Virus record (IMG/VR): IMGVR_UViG_3300027996_002186
Location: 248,001 to 312,000 of that record
Length of the DNA: 64,000 nt
Reading direction: 5' to 3' (one strand)
The notes beneath the pieces were generated by a model. It saw only the letters and a program-made list of their open reading frames with translations. It was not told the DNA's origin and ran no database searches. The stretch's first letter is position 1. Every line of letters begins with the position of its first letter. Shown in pieces: positions 18,449 through 28,680 of this stretch. The position numbers were made by a program, and so were the translations under genes.

Positions 18449-21400
18449 TTATCTTACTAATGTATTTATAGCCCTTGATGTTTTTCTAACAATGACTTTG
18501 TTTCTATTTAAATTAAATTTAATAGTGAATATAAAAGGTCTGTTTTCAGATTCATTTTCCAAAAAGAATCGAACTTTTTTAATGTGTTTGACTGTTCTAT
18601 TTTTTCTATTTAAGTTTATATATTCATAGTTTAATCCATTTTGGTTATTATCTAAAGCATTCATCTTGAAATAAATATTAAGTGGTACAATTAGTGAGTT
18701 TTTATCACCAGCATTTACGACCTTAACCTTATCACTATTTGATTCAACAATAGTTTCTAAATCCTTAATAACTGGGTGTATAGTTGATAACAATTTTCCT
18801 GTTGATGCTACTGAAACACTTGAATCAACCCATTTAGCTGAATCTAGTAATGATTTATTATTCCCAACAAATGATAATATCGTTGTTTCGTTATATCCAA
18901 TATTATATTCTGTTGAACTCAGTATTGGTGTTATTGAATTATCTGCATTTGTAGTAAATGAGTTTCCGATATTTTCGGAAACTTTAGCAACTTCTGTTTC
19001 ATTTACTGAATCATAATTCATACCCCAAATAAATTGATTATTTAATTGTGTTCTTGTTTGTGTTGAAATATCAGATGTTATCATCTCATCTTGATCATTA
19101 ACCCAGAATACTTGTGGTACTGCTGTATTATAAACATTAGAATTTTGTAAATATGTTCTATTTGATAATAACCCAAGTGGTGATTCAGTAGCTTTATTTC
19201 TAAGCTTTACTACGAAATCTTTTATTACGTAGATGTCATTAGCATAAACTCTACCAGTAGGTATACCTTGACCGGTGAAGTTATTAAGATAATCTTCACA
19301 TTCTACATTGAACACTGTTTCTGATCCATTACTAACAATATATTCTTGGTTATTTCTAAGTATAATAACTTCAAGTTCACCTTTAGATCTTTTAATTTTC
19401 TCTTCAAGTCCTCTTATTCTATCCTCAAGACCTTTCATATATTCGAATAAATCAAGTGATATACCATTTTCATCTCTAAAACCAGACAATATCTTTGTGG
19501 AATCATGATGAAATGTTTTAGAATTTTGTGTTATTGTATCAGATAAGTGATCATCTAAACCTTTAGCTGATAACTCATTTTCCATACTAACAATCAAATC
19601 TTCTTTAGTAGCTTCTTGTAATATAAAATCAGTATCGTTTAAAACATTATTTAAATCATCAGGAAATTCTACATTTAAAATGTCAGACCAATCAGACTCA
19701 ACTGCTGATTCTGGCCAACCTACCTCAGATATAGACTTTATTCTAACCTCAACTCTTTCATTCGCTTTTATTGCAATATCCATTTGGTTTATGTTTGGTG
19801 TATCAGCATTTTCTATATCTTCAATTTCCCAAAAGTATGCTCCTGTTTCCTTATTATATGTCCTTTTCCTAGCATCAGTTTTGAATTCTGTCCAGTTAGA
19901 GAAACTAGCTCTTTCCTGTGTGTTATTAACTTGGAAAGTTTCAATAGGTGTTTCTCGCCCATCCTTACTAACATATCTATATTGTACTCTAAATTGAACA
20001 ATTTCTTGTGGTTTAGTTCCTCTAGTTACAACTGATTCTGGCATTGTCCAGAATCCCCTAACTCTAAACTTAGGTTCAACTTTTGTAGAAGGACTTTTTG
20101 ATAACTCAATTATCTCTTTTGTTACAGATGCTAGTAATTTAGATTTACTGACTTTCTTCCTTCCTAATTCCGTGATTTCTAATTTAGATTGCTTTTTAGA
20201 AGATTTAGATTTAAATTTATTATATCTCAATTTTTTATTTCTATCTAAAATAGCATCTTGTATTTGTATAACTTCTGATTTAAGTGAAAGTTGGTAATTA
20301 TGTTTTTGCTTTATAAGGTTACCATCTGGTGTATCAGTTAAATGTTTGTTAACCTGAACAACCTTGAAATTATCATTAACTAATGATGGTGAATTTGGTG
20401 TGCCAGCTAATTTACTTGGTGTTTTTTTAGCAACCAAATCTTGTAGTACTTCACCATAATCATAAACATAATCAACATAGAATTGTTCCATTGTTAACCC
20501 ATTTGAATCTGATTCGTTTTCTAATCTTAAATCATTTGTATAAAACCCAGTACCTAAACTCCATTTTTTAGCAACTAAATGGTTATTTGCATTAATCGGT
20601 TTTAAGAAAACAATATTTCTTTCATTATATCCAATACTAATCCTCACATTTTTAGTATAAATAACCGGTGAGTATATTTTCAATGCTCCAATTGCTACTG
20701 GAATTACTTCAATACCTTCAACTCTTTCAAATCTAGCTCTTGGGTTAGATTGAGCTGTTGATATTTCTATTACTTTATATCTTGATGATGTTCTTTGAGA
20801 ATTAATAATTACTTCATCTCCCTCGGTTAAGGTTTGAACCTCAGTAGTATCAACAATAATATATTCTAATGTATTTAGTACATACCAAAGTTTTCTATTT
20901 AATCTATCTTCTTGTATTCTTAATACAGAAAATTCACCATCATATAATAAACTATTAGGTTGTAAATCGAAAACTTGTTCATCATACCTTGGGTTATTCG
21001 GTTCAACCAACCCTGGTGTTGTTTTATGCCAAGATTCAAAATCAGAAAAAACAATATTAGCATTTCCTCTGAATAAACTATTATAGCTAGTAAGAGCTGA
21101 TTGGCCTAAATTTGTTAGGTTACCAGCAACATCTTTAGCAAAATCAACAATATATCTTCTAGATTGACACTTTCTTACATTATCCTCTATCTTTCCTGAT
21201 AAATCAATTTCCACAGAAAGTAATGGATCAAGTAAACTATCAAAAAACCAATTAACATCAGACTTAAAGTTAGAAATACTACCCAGACTATTAACTGAAT
21301 TAGGTTCTCTGTTTAAATCAACAGTTATAATCTTCTTAAATTTGTTTTGATTACTTGTTTGTATAAGTGCTCCATCAGCATCTATACTATAAAGTGAATT

Positions 21401-21616
21401 AATATTATTATTCAATCTATCAATTTCAGCTTTTAATGATGTAAATGATGGTAAAGAAAAATTTCTTAAAACCCCATTTTCATCAAAAATTTGAATATTA
21501 ACAGTTGAATCAGTCGTAGTTGTAAGAGTGTTGATTTTTGATAAAATATCAACAATGTTCTTGTTATAAGTTATGACTTGGTCAGCTACCTTAGGAAATG
21601 AACTTTGAATCGGCAT
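18449..21616 (-). CDS. Large virion structural protein with coiled coils and FN3-like segment
   Basis: 1055 aa; EVRIKSISEVGW...SDWSD resembles FN3 end; AATATATA at 21638-21645. Confidence 0.6.
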   Translation of the reverse strand: MPIQSSFPKVADQVITYNKNIVDILSKINTLTTTTDSTVNIQIFDENGVLRNFSLPSFTSLKAEIDRLNNNINSLYSIDADGALIQTSNQNKFKKIITVDLNREPNSVNSLGSISNFKSDVNWFFDSLLDPLLSVEIDLSGKIEDNVRKCQSRRYIVDFAKDVAGNLTNLGQSALTSYNSLFRGNANIVFSDFESWHKTTPGLVEPNNPRYDEQVFDLQPNSLLYDGEFSVLRIQEDRLNRKLWYVLNTLEYIIVDTTEVQTLTEGDEVIINSQRTSSRYKVIEISTAQSNPRARFERVEGIEVIPVAIGALKIYSPVIYTKNVRISIGYNERNIVFLKPINANNHLVAKKWSLGTGFYTNDLRLENESDSNGLTMEQFYVDYVYDYGEVLQDLVAKKTPSKLAGTPNSPSLVNDNFKVVQVNKHLTDTPDGNLIKQKHNYQLSLKSEVIQIQDAILDRNKKLRYNKFKSKSSKKQSKLEITELGRKKVSKSKLLASVTKEIIELSKSPSTKVEPKFRVRGFWTMPESVVTRGTKPQEIVQFRVQYRYVSKDGRETPIETFQVNNTQERASFSNWTEFKTDARKRTYNKETGAYFWEIEDIENADTPNINQMDIAIKANERVEVRIKSISEVGWPESAVESDWSDILNVEFPDDLNNVLNDTDFILQEATKEDLIVSMENELSAKGLDDHLSDTITQNSKTFHHDSTKILSGFRDENGISLDLFEYMKGLEDRIRGLEEKIKRSKGELEVIILRNNQEYIVSNGSETVFNVECEDYLNNFTGQGIPTGRVYANDIYVIKDFVVKLRNKATESPLGLLSNRTYLQNSNVYNTAVPQVFWVNDQDEMITSDISTQTRTQLNNQFIWGMNYDSVNETEVAKVSENIGNSFTTNADNSITPILSSTEYNIGYNETTILSFVGNNKSLLDSAKWVDSSVSVASTGKLLSTIHPVIKDLETIVESNSDKVKVVNAGDKNSLIVPLNIYFKMNALDNNQNGLNYEYINLNRKNRTVKHIKKVRFFLENESENRPFIFTIKFNLNRNKVIVRKTSRAINTLVR

Positions 21617-21719
21617 TTGTCTATCTTTGATTTTGTTTATATATTAATTTTTATCTATTTCTTTGACTATTTAATTTTAATTTTATATATTTGTAGTTAT
21701 AAAACTATTCGAGCTTAGT

Positions 21720-21754
21720 AATTTATTGGTTAAATTGAATAATTTATTGGTTAA
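21720..21754 (+). repeat. 14 bp direct repeat, 21 bp period
   Basis: AATTTATTGGTTAA at 21720-21733 and 21741-21754. Confidence 0.7.
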
Positions 21755-21769
21755 TTAAAATTAAATTAG

Positions 21770-21777
21770 TATATTTG
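21770..21777 (+). promoter_or_regulatory. TAnnTTTG promoter element
   Basis: TATATTTG 4 nt before ligase ATG; second copy at 21686-21693. Confidence 0.55.
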
Positions 21778-21781
21778 TAAT

Positions 21782-23638
21782 ATGATAGAACAATTAAAAG
21801 AAAATATAATTAAGGCCAATGCGTCTTATAGAAAAGGTAATCCTATTATGTCTGATTCTGAGTATGATACATTACTTGAAGAATTAGCTTTACTATCACC
21901 AGATGATGATTTACTATCTTTAGTAGGTCATGTCGTTGTTGATGAATCTCGTAAGAGAAGACTTCCCATTGATATGGCATCAATGAATAAAATTAAATCT
22001 ATGGATGATGTCAATGATTGGTGTCGTCTTAAAGGTATTTCAAAATCCGAAATAGTTATCATAACTCCTAAATTTGATGGTCTTTCTCTTTGTGTGAATG
22101 AATTGGATAATTCTTCATCCACAAGAGGTGATGGAACTTTTGGACAACAATCAGACGAACATTATAAATTGATTGGTAATCATTTAGATGTACATGAAGA
22201 TGTTAATACTTTACCATTTACATATACTTATGGTGAGGTGATGATGGCTAAGAAAAAATTTGAAGATGATTATTCAAAAGACTTCGCTAACCCAAGAAAT
22301 CTTGTTGCTGGTTTACTAAATTCAAAAAGTATTAGTGAATCACTAAAAGATTGTGATTACATTAAGTATGGTGCTATTTGTAGAACTAAATTTAGCACAA
22401 AAAAAGAAATAATTGACGAACTAAATAATGGTCAACGAGTAAAAGTTAATTACCATATCTGTATGATTTCAGAATTAACAGAAGATTTACTTATTGACCT
22501 TTTCCATAAATTATCACCTGATTATGAAATTGATGGTTTAATCATTGAGATTAACGATATATCAATACAAAATAGATTGGGTAGAGAAACTTCCTCAAAC
22601 AATCCAGTTTGGGCAAGAGCATTCAAACATCCAAGTTTCGAGCAAACTGCTGAGTCAGAAGTTATCGGGATATCTTGGAATATTTCAAAACAAGGTTTAT
22701 TAAAACCTATTCTACACATTACTCCTATTAAACTTGATGGTGTTACAGTATCTAATGTTACTGGAAACAACGCTCGTTTTGTAAAAGATATGGGTATCGG
22801 AGTTGGTGCTAAAGTATTAGTGAAACGTAGTGGTATGGTTATACCATTAATCGTTGATGTTTTAGAAACTGTTGATTTCATACAACCTACAATCGAAGGT
22901 GTTGATATTGGTTGGAATGAAGCTGGTATTGAATTAATAACATTAACAGAAACAGACGACCAAAAATTAAAAAAGAATGTTGCATTCTTTGAAATCCTAG
23001 AAGCTGATAATGTATCAGAGGGTGTTATTACCCAACTTTGGGAAGCTGGTCATACAACAATAAAAGACATTCTAAACCTCACAAAAGTTGATTTAGAGAA
23101 GATTGACCGGTTCGGGAAAAGAAAGTCAAGTATAGTGTTCAACTCTATTCAAAAGTCTGTTAAAGACGTTCAATTGAGTAAACTACAACACGCTACAGGT
23201 ATCTTTAGAGGCTTGGGAAGTAAGAAATTAGTATTACTAGAACAATTCACTGAAAAGCCTAGTATTGATAACGTAATGGTGATTGATGGATTCGCTGAGA
23301 AGTCAGCAAAATCTTACATTGATTCTTATGATGAATTCTTTGAGTTCATAAAAGACTTACCCGTTACTATCGAAGAAAAGGTCGAAGTGGCTCCCGTTGG
23401 TGATGATTTAATTGGTAAACAATTTGTCTTCACAGGAGTTCGTAGAAAAGACTTGAATGAAGTGATTGAATCAAGAGGTGGTAAGATTGGTAGTGGTGTA
23501 TCTAAAAACACATCATACTTAGTTGTAAAGGCTACTGGAAGTGGATCATCAAAAGAAAATAAAGCTATCAAGTTAAAAGATTCTGGACAAGATATTGAGG
23601 TTATAACAGTTGAACAATTAGAAGTGATATTAGGATAA
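21782..23638 (+). CDS. ligA: NAD-dependent DNA ligase
   Basis: MSDSEYD, PKFDG, TRGDG, ANPRN, YEIDG, ARAFK, OB domain, HhH, BRCT (FVFTG...GSGVSKNTSYLV). Confidence 0.95.
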   Translation: MIEQLKENIIKANASYRKGNPIMSDSEYDTLLEELALLSPDDDLLSLVGHVVVDESRKRRLPIDMASMNKIKSMDDVNDWCRLKGISKSEIVIITPKFDGLSLCVNELDNSSSTRGDGTFGQQSDEHYKLIGNHLDVHEDVNTLPFTYTYGEVMMAKKKFEDDYSKDFANPRNLVAGLLNSKSISESLKDCDYIKYGAICRTKFSTKKEIIDELNNGQRVKVNYHICMISELTEDLLIDLFHKLSPDYEIDGLIIEINDISIQNRLGRETSSNNPVWARAFKHPSFEQTAESEVIGISWNISKQGLLKPILHITPIKLDGVTVSNVTGNNARFVKDMGIGVGAKVLVKRSGMVIPLIVDVLETVDFIQPTIEGVDIGWNEAGIELITLTETDDQKLKKNVAFFEILEADNVSEGVITQLWEAGHTTIKDILNLTKVDLEKIDRFGKRKSSIVFNSIQKSVKDVQLSKLQHATGIFRGLGSKKLVLLEQFTEKPSIDNVMVIDGFAEKSAKSYIDSYDEFFEFIKDLPVTIEEKVEVAPVGDDLIGKQFVFTGVRRKDLNEVIESRGGKIGSGVSKNTSYLVVKATGSGSSKENKAIKLKDSGQDIEVITVEQLEVILG

Positions 23639-23639
23639 T

Positions 23640-23831
23640 ATGAATTATATAGTTTGGAAAGTAATCGGAGATGCAACAGATGAAATAGTACAATTCATAA
23701 AAAATAAAATAAAATCCAATTATAACAAAATCCAAAAGAAATTATCGAATGCTGGAATAACACCAGAGAGTGATTATATCTCTGTGAGTAAAGGTAGTGC
23801 TGAGTTTTGGGATAATTGGTCTAAAAAATAA
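23640..23831 (+). CDS. Small hypothetical protein
   Basis: Coupled ORF. Confidence 0.55.
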   Translation: MNYIVWKVIGDATDEIVQFIKNKIKSNYNKIQKKLSNAGITPESDYISVSKGSAEFWDNWSKK

Positions 23832-23832
23832 T

Positions 23833-24141
23833 ATGAATATGGTAAAATTGGAGATAGGATTTACACATATACGGTATATCTGGGTACCGGGTGATAAATC
23901 CACCGAAATGTATTACATGGGTGGTGAGTCAGAAGATAATGATAAAAGATTAACGATTGGTAATAGATATCGAGTTAGTCAACCACATTATGCAGAAAAT
24001 AAAGACCAGAAAAGAAGAAGAGTTTGGACTTGTAATGATGATGAAAATAAAGGGAAGCTTTGTAGAATCAATAAAGGAAATTTTAGTATTCTTCCACTTG
24101 ATAAACGCCGAGATAATAAACTTAAAAAAATATTAAAATGA
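23833..24141 (+). CDS. Hypothetical protein with RxxK tag
   Basis: Start moved to ATG 23833; ends RDNKLKKILK. Confidence 0.7.
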   Translation: MNMVKLEIGFTHIRYIWVPGDKSTEMYYMGGESEDNDKRLTIGNRYRVSQPHYAENKDQKRRRVWTCNDDENKGKLCRINKGNFSILPLDKRRDNKLKKILK

Positions 24142-24156
24142 TAACATTAAAAGAAA

Positions 24157-24783
24157 TTGAATCGTATGTATAATATAGAAGATGGAGATACCCTTAAAAT
24201 ATTACCATTCATAGAAAATGGTAAGTTGATATGGGGTAAGCAGTATGATCTTGTGAGTACTAATAGTGGTTTAGTTTATGACACAAATGGTTATTTAAGA
24301 AAGATGTGGTTTATACACAGAGATAAACGTTCTTATGATAAAGATTATTATAAACCTATTAGTTTATCGAAGAGAACTATGTTACACGTTTATGTAAATG
24401 GTGAATCAAAGTTAATAGGAGTCGGTAGAAAAATAGTTGATTTAGTAACTGAGAATAAATCAACTTTGTTTGACTTGAGATGTAATGATCACATTTTAGT
24501 ATCTAAAGATATGGTTAAGGTCAATCATCAAGGACTTATATTACCTAGTTATGACAACTGTTCTGTTATAACAAAGGATTGGAATGCTCCCGTAACAGAT
24601 ATTAATTCAAAAGAAGAATGGTTTGAGTATTTAATTAATAACCAACCAGAACCAAATCCATACGATTCAAAATATGATATATTAAATCAAAGAGATGCTT
24701 TGATAGATTTATTTGGTAGTGATTTATTAAGCGAAGTGATTAAAACAGAGAGAAATAAAAAGTTGGAAACAATATTAAATTAA
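24157..24783 (+). CDS. Degenerate T4 gp32-like ssDNA-binding-fold protein with RxxK tag
   Basis: LKILPF, IGVGRKIVDLV, LFDL, PSYDNCS echo gp32 IRFLP, FGKKIWD, SNYDES; ends RNKKLETILN. Confidence 0.45.
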   Translation: MNRMYNIEDGDTLKILPFIENGKLIWGKQYDLVSTNSGLVYDTNGYLRKMWFIHRDKRSYDKDYYKPISLSKRTMLHVYVNGESKLIGVGRKIVDLVTENKSTLFDLRCNDHILVSKDMVKVNHQGLILPSYDNCSVITKDWNAPVTDINSKEEWFEYLINNQPEPNPYDSKYDILNQRDALIDLFGSDLLSEVIKTERNKKLETILN

Positions 24784-24787
24784 GTGA

Positions 24788-24824
24788 TATATTTGTTAAT
24801 AAAGGAAACAACTTTTAATATATA
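24788..24824 (+). promoter_or_regulatory. Tandem TAnnTTTG and AATATATA elements before sigma gene
   Basis: TATATTTG 24788-24795; AATATATA 24817-24824. Confidence 0.5.
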
Positions 24825-24912
24825 ATGGGTATAAGTAAGTACAATTAACGGCAATAAAAAGATTGACAAGACTAAAAAAGTTGAAGTCAAATTAAAAACA
24901 AAAAGCATAAAT

Positions 24913-25521
24913 ATGAAATTAGATGCAATAACTACATTCTCTGATCAAGAGAAATTATTCAGAGAAAGAACAGGTAAAGATTTTACCGAACTCTACCAAA
25001 AGTACTATCCAAAACTTATTTATTTCACAGGAAGAATTTGTAATGACCCTCAGAAAGCAGAGGATTTATCAACAGATGCTTTCATGACAGCACTTGAAAA
25101 AATCGAAAAGTATGACAGAGAGAAATCACAATTCTCGACATGGCTTTTCACAATCGCAAAAAATCTAACATTACAAAACATTAAGGTCTCTAAGAAGTCA
25201 GTATCATTAGATGTTGAATTTGATAACGAGGGTACAACTATGAAAGATTTCATAGAAGAAGACGACACATCAAACCAAACTGTTGTTAATAATGTCTTTG
25301 ATAAAAAGGCTACTATAATGAAAAGTAGAATCAAGCAATTAAAGGAACCGTATCGAACGGTAATTGAAATGAGAGAAATTAACAGGATGGCATATAAGGA
25401 TATAGCAGACCAACTTGGTAAAAACCTATCAACTATTAAATCACAAATTAGAAATGGCCGCCATATTCTTATTGAACAAACTCAAAATGAGTTTGATGAA
25501 ATAGATGAAATGTACCTTTAA
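24913..25521 (+). CDS. ECF-type sigma-70 factor
   Basis: Region 2 AEDLSTDAF, FSTWLFTIAKN; region 4 LKEPYRTVIEM...YKDIADQLGKNLSTIKSQIRNGR. Confidence 0.9.
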   Translation: MKLDAITTFSDQEKLFRERTGKDFTELYQKYYPKLIYFTGRICNDPQKAEDLSTDAFMTALEKIEKYDREKSQFSTWLFTIAKNLTLQNIKVSKKSVSLDVEFDNEGTTMKDFIEEDDTSNQTVVNNVFDKKATIMKSRIKQLKEPYRTVIEMREINRMAYKDIADQLGKNLSTIKSQIRNGRHILIEQTQNEFDEIDEMYL

Positions 25522-25532
25522 AAATTAAAACA

Positions 25533-26783
25533 ATGGACGTAGAAAACCTTGGTCGTCAAGCTATAGACCAAATTAAGTCAAAATGGGGTTTACCCTTACA
25601 GGGATTTGTCGCTGGTGGATCAATTGCTAATATAATTTGGGAATTGGTTTCTGGTAACAAAGCAGTTGTCAATGATATTGATATTTTCGTTTTCGAAAAG
25701 CAGATAGATAAGATTGATGATAATACCAAAACTCTATTTAAATATAAAGATCAGGACTTAAAGTATTACGAAGATTATTCAGGGATTCAATTCTCTTCGT
25801 ATACCAAGGATTTCTACACCATTTCTGAATCTTTAAGAGACGGTATTTTCAATACTATAACCTATCAATCGAATACAACAGACCCCGGGCTTGTAATTAG
25901 CTCATTTGATATAAACGCTACTAAAGTAGGGTACTCTATTGATGAGGATAAATTTTATTGGACAAAAGACTTTGAAGAGTTTTTAGAAACGGGTGAGTTA
26001 AGAATATCTAATTTAATGACTCCATCACATAGTGCTGTTAGATTAGCTAAAAAATCAAAAGAATTGAATGTTGAATTAAAAGAGTTTGAATGTAATTTAT
26101 TACAGTACGCTTTATATTATAGGTTCAGTGATATGATTAAATTAAGATTCAAGGAAAGATATTTTGATATGTATAAGGATAATGAAGATTTACTTAAAAA
26201 ACATTTTATTCTATGTCGCGATGAAGAAATGGAAGAATATGTTTTTACTAAGTTTGGTGATAAATCAGAATTACATTATGTTAAAAGTATTGAAATGAAA
26301 GATCATAAACACTCTGATATTTTTGAAAATAGAAGACCACTTATCTTTTCAGAAGACACCAATCTAAGTAATATTTTTCTATCTGGTATTTACTTATTCT
26401 ATATGAGGAATATTTATGGAGATGATGAAAAAGTAAAACTTTGGTCTAAGCTAAGTTATTTCTTTGATGATCCTAATTACTTTGATAAAGAAGTTAATAA
26501 CGAAGATATTGATTTATTAAATAGACTTTGTAAATTTGCACCAAAATCAATATCTAACTTGAAGGGTATTAAATTATCTGAACAAGTAATAATAGTTAAG
26601 AAGTTACTTGATAAATTCAAAGACGATCCAATTATTGCTATTTCAATTTTAGAGAAAGTTAAAGTAGATAAAGATATGGTGTTGGACGAACAAACTTCAT
26701 TATTATTAGAATTGTCTGTTAGAAAAGAAATCATTAATGATACAAGAGGTAAAGTTAATTCTATCTTGAGAAGAAAAGGTTAA
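25533..26783 (+). CDS. Class II nucleotidyltransferase-like (CCA/poly(A) polymerase head)
   Basis: FVAGGSIAN, NDIDIF (DxD), SFDINA. Confidence 0.6.
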   Translation: MDVENLGRQAIDQIKSKWGLPLQGFVAGGSIANIIWELVSGNKAVVNDIDIFVFEKQIDKIDDNTKTLFKYKDQDLKYYEDYSGIQFSSYTKDFYTISESLRDGIFNTITYQSNTTDPGLVISSFDINATKVGYSIDEDKFYWTKDFEEFLETGELRISNLMTPSHSAVRLAKKSKELNVELKEFECNLLQYALYYRFSDMIKLRFKERYFDMYKDNEDLLKKHFILCRDEEMEEYVFTKFGDKSELHYVKSIEMKDHKHSDIFENRRPLIFSEDTNLSNIFLSGIYLFYMRNIYGDDEKVKLWSKLSYFFDDPNYFDKEVNNEDIDLLNRLCKFAPKSISNLKGIKLSEQVIIVKKLLDKFKDDPIIAISILEKVKVDKDMVLDEQTSLLLELSVRKEIINDTRGKVNSILRRKG

Positions 26784-26862
26784 TACCGGTCTTACCTCCG
26801 ATTTAGATGATTTAGTAAACTTTTGAAGATTTACTAAATATAACTTAAAATAAAATAAAATT

Positions 26863-27192
26863 ATGGTAGTGTTTATAACAGAATTAAACGATAGTAACTA
26901 TTCGGATTTCTTATCAAATAACAATCTTGCTCTTGTTGATATTTGGGCTGAATGGTGTGGACCTTGTAAATTGATAGGTCCAATCATTGATCAGATATCA
27001 GTTGATTTTCAAAGTAAATTATCAGTTGGTAAATTAGAAGCGGATGTAAATAGAGATATCGTGAAAGAACTTGGTATCAGAAACATCCCAACTATTTTAC
27101 TTTATAAAGATGGTGTGATTATTAATAAATCAGTTGGTGCGATTACTAAAGAAAAATTAACAGAAATGATTAACGAGCACATTTCTGAATAA
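26863..27192 (+). CDS. trxA: Thioredoxin
   Basis: WAEWCGPCK, IRNIPT. Confidence 0.95.
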   Translation: MVVFITELNDSNYSDFLSNNNLALVDIWAEWCGPCKLIGPIIDQISVDFQSKLSVGKLEADVNRDIVKELGIRNIPTILLYKDGVIINKSVGAITKEKLTEMINEHISE

Positions 27193-27861
27193 ATGGAATC
27201 AATTGAATATTTATATGACCTTGTTGATAAGTCTGATGTTTCAGTTTTAGGATACACTTATAAAAGTGAAAGAATAAAGGATGAATTTATTTCAAGATTA
27301 CCACACTTGAAAATTGGTGAAGTAGATTCATCCTTCAGTTTCGTTAGTTATTTGAGAGAAATAAAACTAACACAGATTTTGGGAGATTCTCCTTATTTCA
27401 AGTATGTTGTGTTGGATATAGGTGATGTGAGATATTCGAGTAAGGTTGATGGTATGGGATTTTCAGTGGTTATAAGGAAAATGATTGAGAAAATCAGAAC
27501 AGATATGTTCAAAGCATACAACAAAATACAAGAAGAAAGTTTAGGTCTTGATTTTGATGATCCAGAAAGTCACAAACCAGAAGTTATAGAAACCCCTTAT
27601 AAATTAATAATAACAACCCCAATGTATAAGAGTTCAAGTAAGTTTCAGATACATAATTTTACTGGTGGTGATTCTACACTAATGATTTCTGATTTAGCGT
27701 TTGTTATACAAGACTCTAATATAACAGATAAACTTCTTGGAAAGAAACCATATATATCCATAATGAAGAATCGATATGGTATGGATGGTGAAAATGTTTC
27801 ACTTGAAGAAATTTTATTACCATTAGAGAGAAACTATAAATTAGAAAAGGTTCTTAATTAA
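27193..27861 (+). CDS. Hypothetical protein with two RxxK tags
   Basis: Internal REIKLTQIL, terminal RNYKLEKVLN; KNRYG is reminiscent of DnaB C-terminus. Confidence 0.7.
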   Translation: MESIEYLYDLVDKSDVSVLGYTYKSERIKDEFISRLPHLKIGEVDSSFSFVSYLREIKLTQILGDSPYFKYVVLDIGDVRYSSKVDGMGFSVVIRKMIEKIRTDMFKAYNKIQEESLGLDFDDPESHKPEVIETPYKLIITTPMYKSSSKFQIHNFTGGDSTLMISDLAFVIQDSNITDKLLGKKPYISIMKNRYGMDGENVSLEEILLPLERNYKLEKVLN

Positions 27862-27868
27862 ATATACC

Positions 27869-28306
27869 ATGAGTATAGTAAAAAATAGAAAAGCATATTA
27901 TGAATATCACATACTTGATGAGTATGAAGCTGGTGTTGTGCTTATGGGTAGTGAAGTTAAATCTATAAGAATGGGTAATGTAACATTATCTGATTCATTC
28001 ATATACTTAAAAAGTGGTGAGGTTTGGATAAAGAATCTAAAGGTAGCAAGGTATGCACAAACTCATATTTCCGAACCACATAATGAGAATCGTGATAAAA
28101 AACTACTTTTAACTAAAAAAGAAATAAATAAAATAAGTAGAAGTTTAGAAGACCAAGGTATAACTTGTATTCCACTTACTATTTTTACTAAACGAAATAA
28201 GCTTAAGATAAAAATTGGTGTTGCTAAGGGAAAAAAGCTTTTTGATAAAAGGCAGAGTATTAAAGAGAAGGATATGAAAAGAGAACTTCAAAGAAATCTA
28301 AAATAA
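27869..28306 (+). CDS. smpB: SsrA-binding protein SmpB
   Basis: NRKAYYEY, EAGVVLMGSEVKS, KKLLL, GVAKGKKLFDKRQSIKE. Confidence 0.95.
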   Translation: MSIVKNRKAYYEYHILDEYEAGVVLMGSEVKSIRMGNVTLSDSFIYLKSGEVWIKNLKVARYAQTHISEPHNENRDKKLLLTKKEINKISRSLEDQGITCIPLTIFTKRNKLKIKIGVAKGKKLFDKRQSIKEKDMKRELQRNLK

Positions 28307-28308
28307 TA

Positions 28309-28680
28309 ATGTCTAAAGAAGAAGAATTTATTTTTTTATTTGAGGAATTAGAAAACTCAAATAATGAAGAAGAAGTTTTTAAGAATCTTAAAAGAATTCT
28401 TAAAGAATCTAGTTCTGTCTTTTATAAGAATAAAATACTTAATAACCCATATTTCAAATCTCTTTTGATTGATGTAAGGGAAGATGTATTAATAGAAATA
28501 TCAGAAATAAGGAAATCATTAAAGGATGAAATAAAATCAATTGATGTTGAAATTATGAGTCTTTTGTCTAAAGACAAAGACAACTCAAATATAAATAAAT
28601 TCAAATCATTGAAACGAGATTGTATATCATTAGTTTATGAAATCGATGATAGAAAAAAAGATATAATTAATTTAATATAG
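28309..28680 (+). CDS. Hypothetical coiled-coil protein
   Basis: Coupled ORF; ends RKKDIINLI (possible tag variant). Confidence 0.6.
   Translation: MSKEEEFIFLFEELENSNNEEEVFKNLKRILKESSSVFYKNKILNNPYFKSLLIDVREDVLIEISEIRKSLKDEIKSIDVEIMSLLSKDKDNSNINKFKSLKRDCISLVYEIDDRKKDIINLI

Noticed and set aside
24825-24848. uORF MGISKYN ahead of the sigma gene
   Set aside because: Too short, with no alternative structure or regulatory codons; cannot be told from chance
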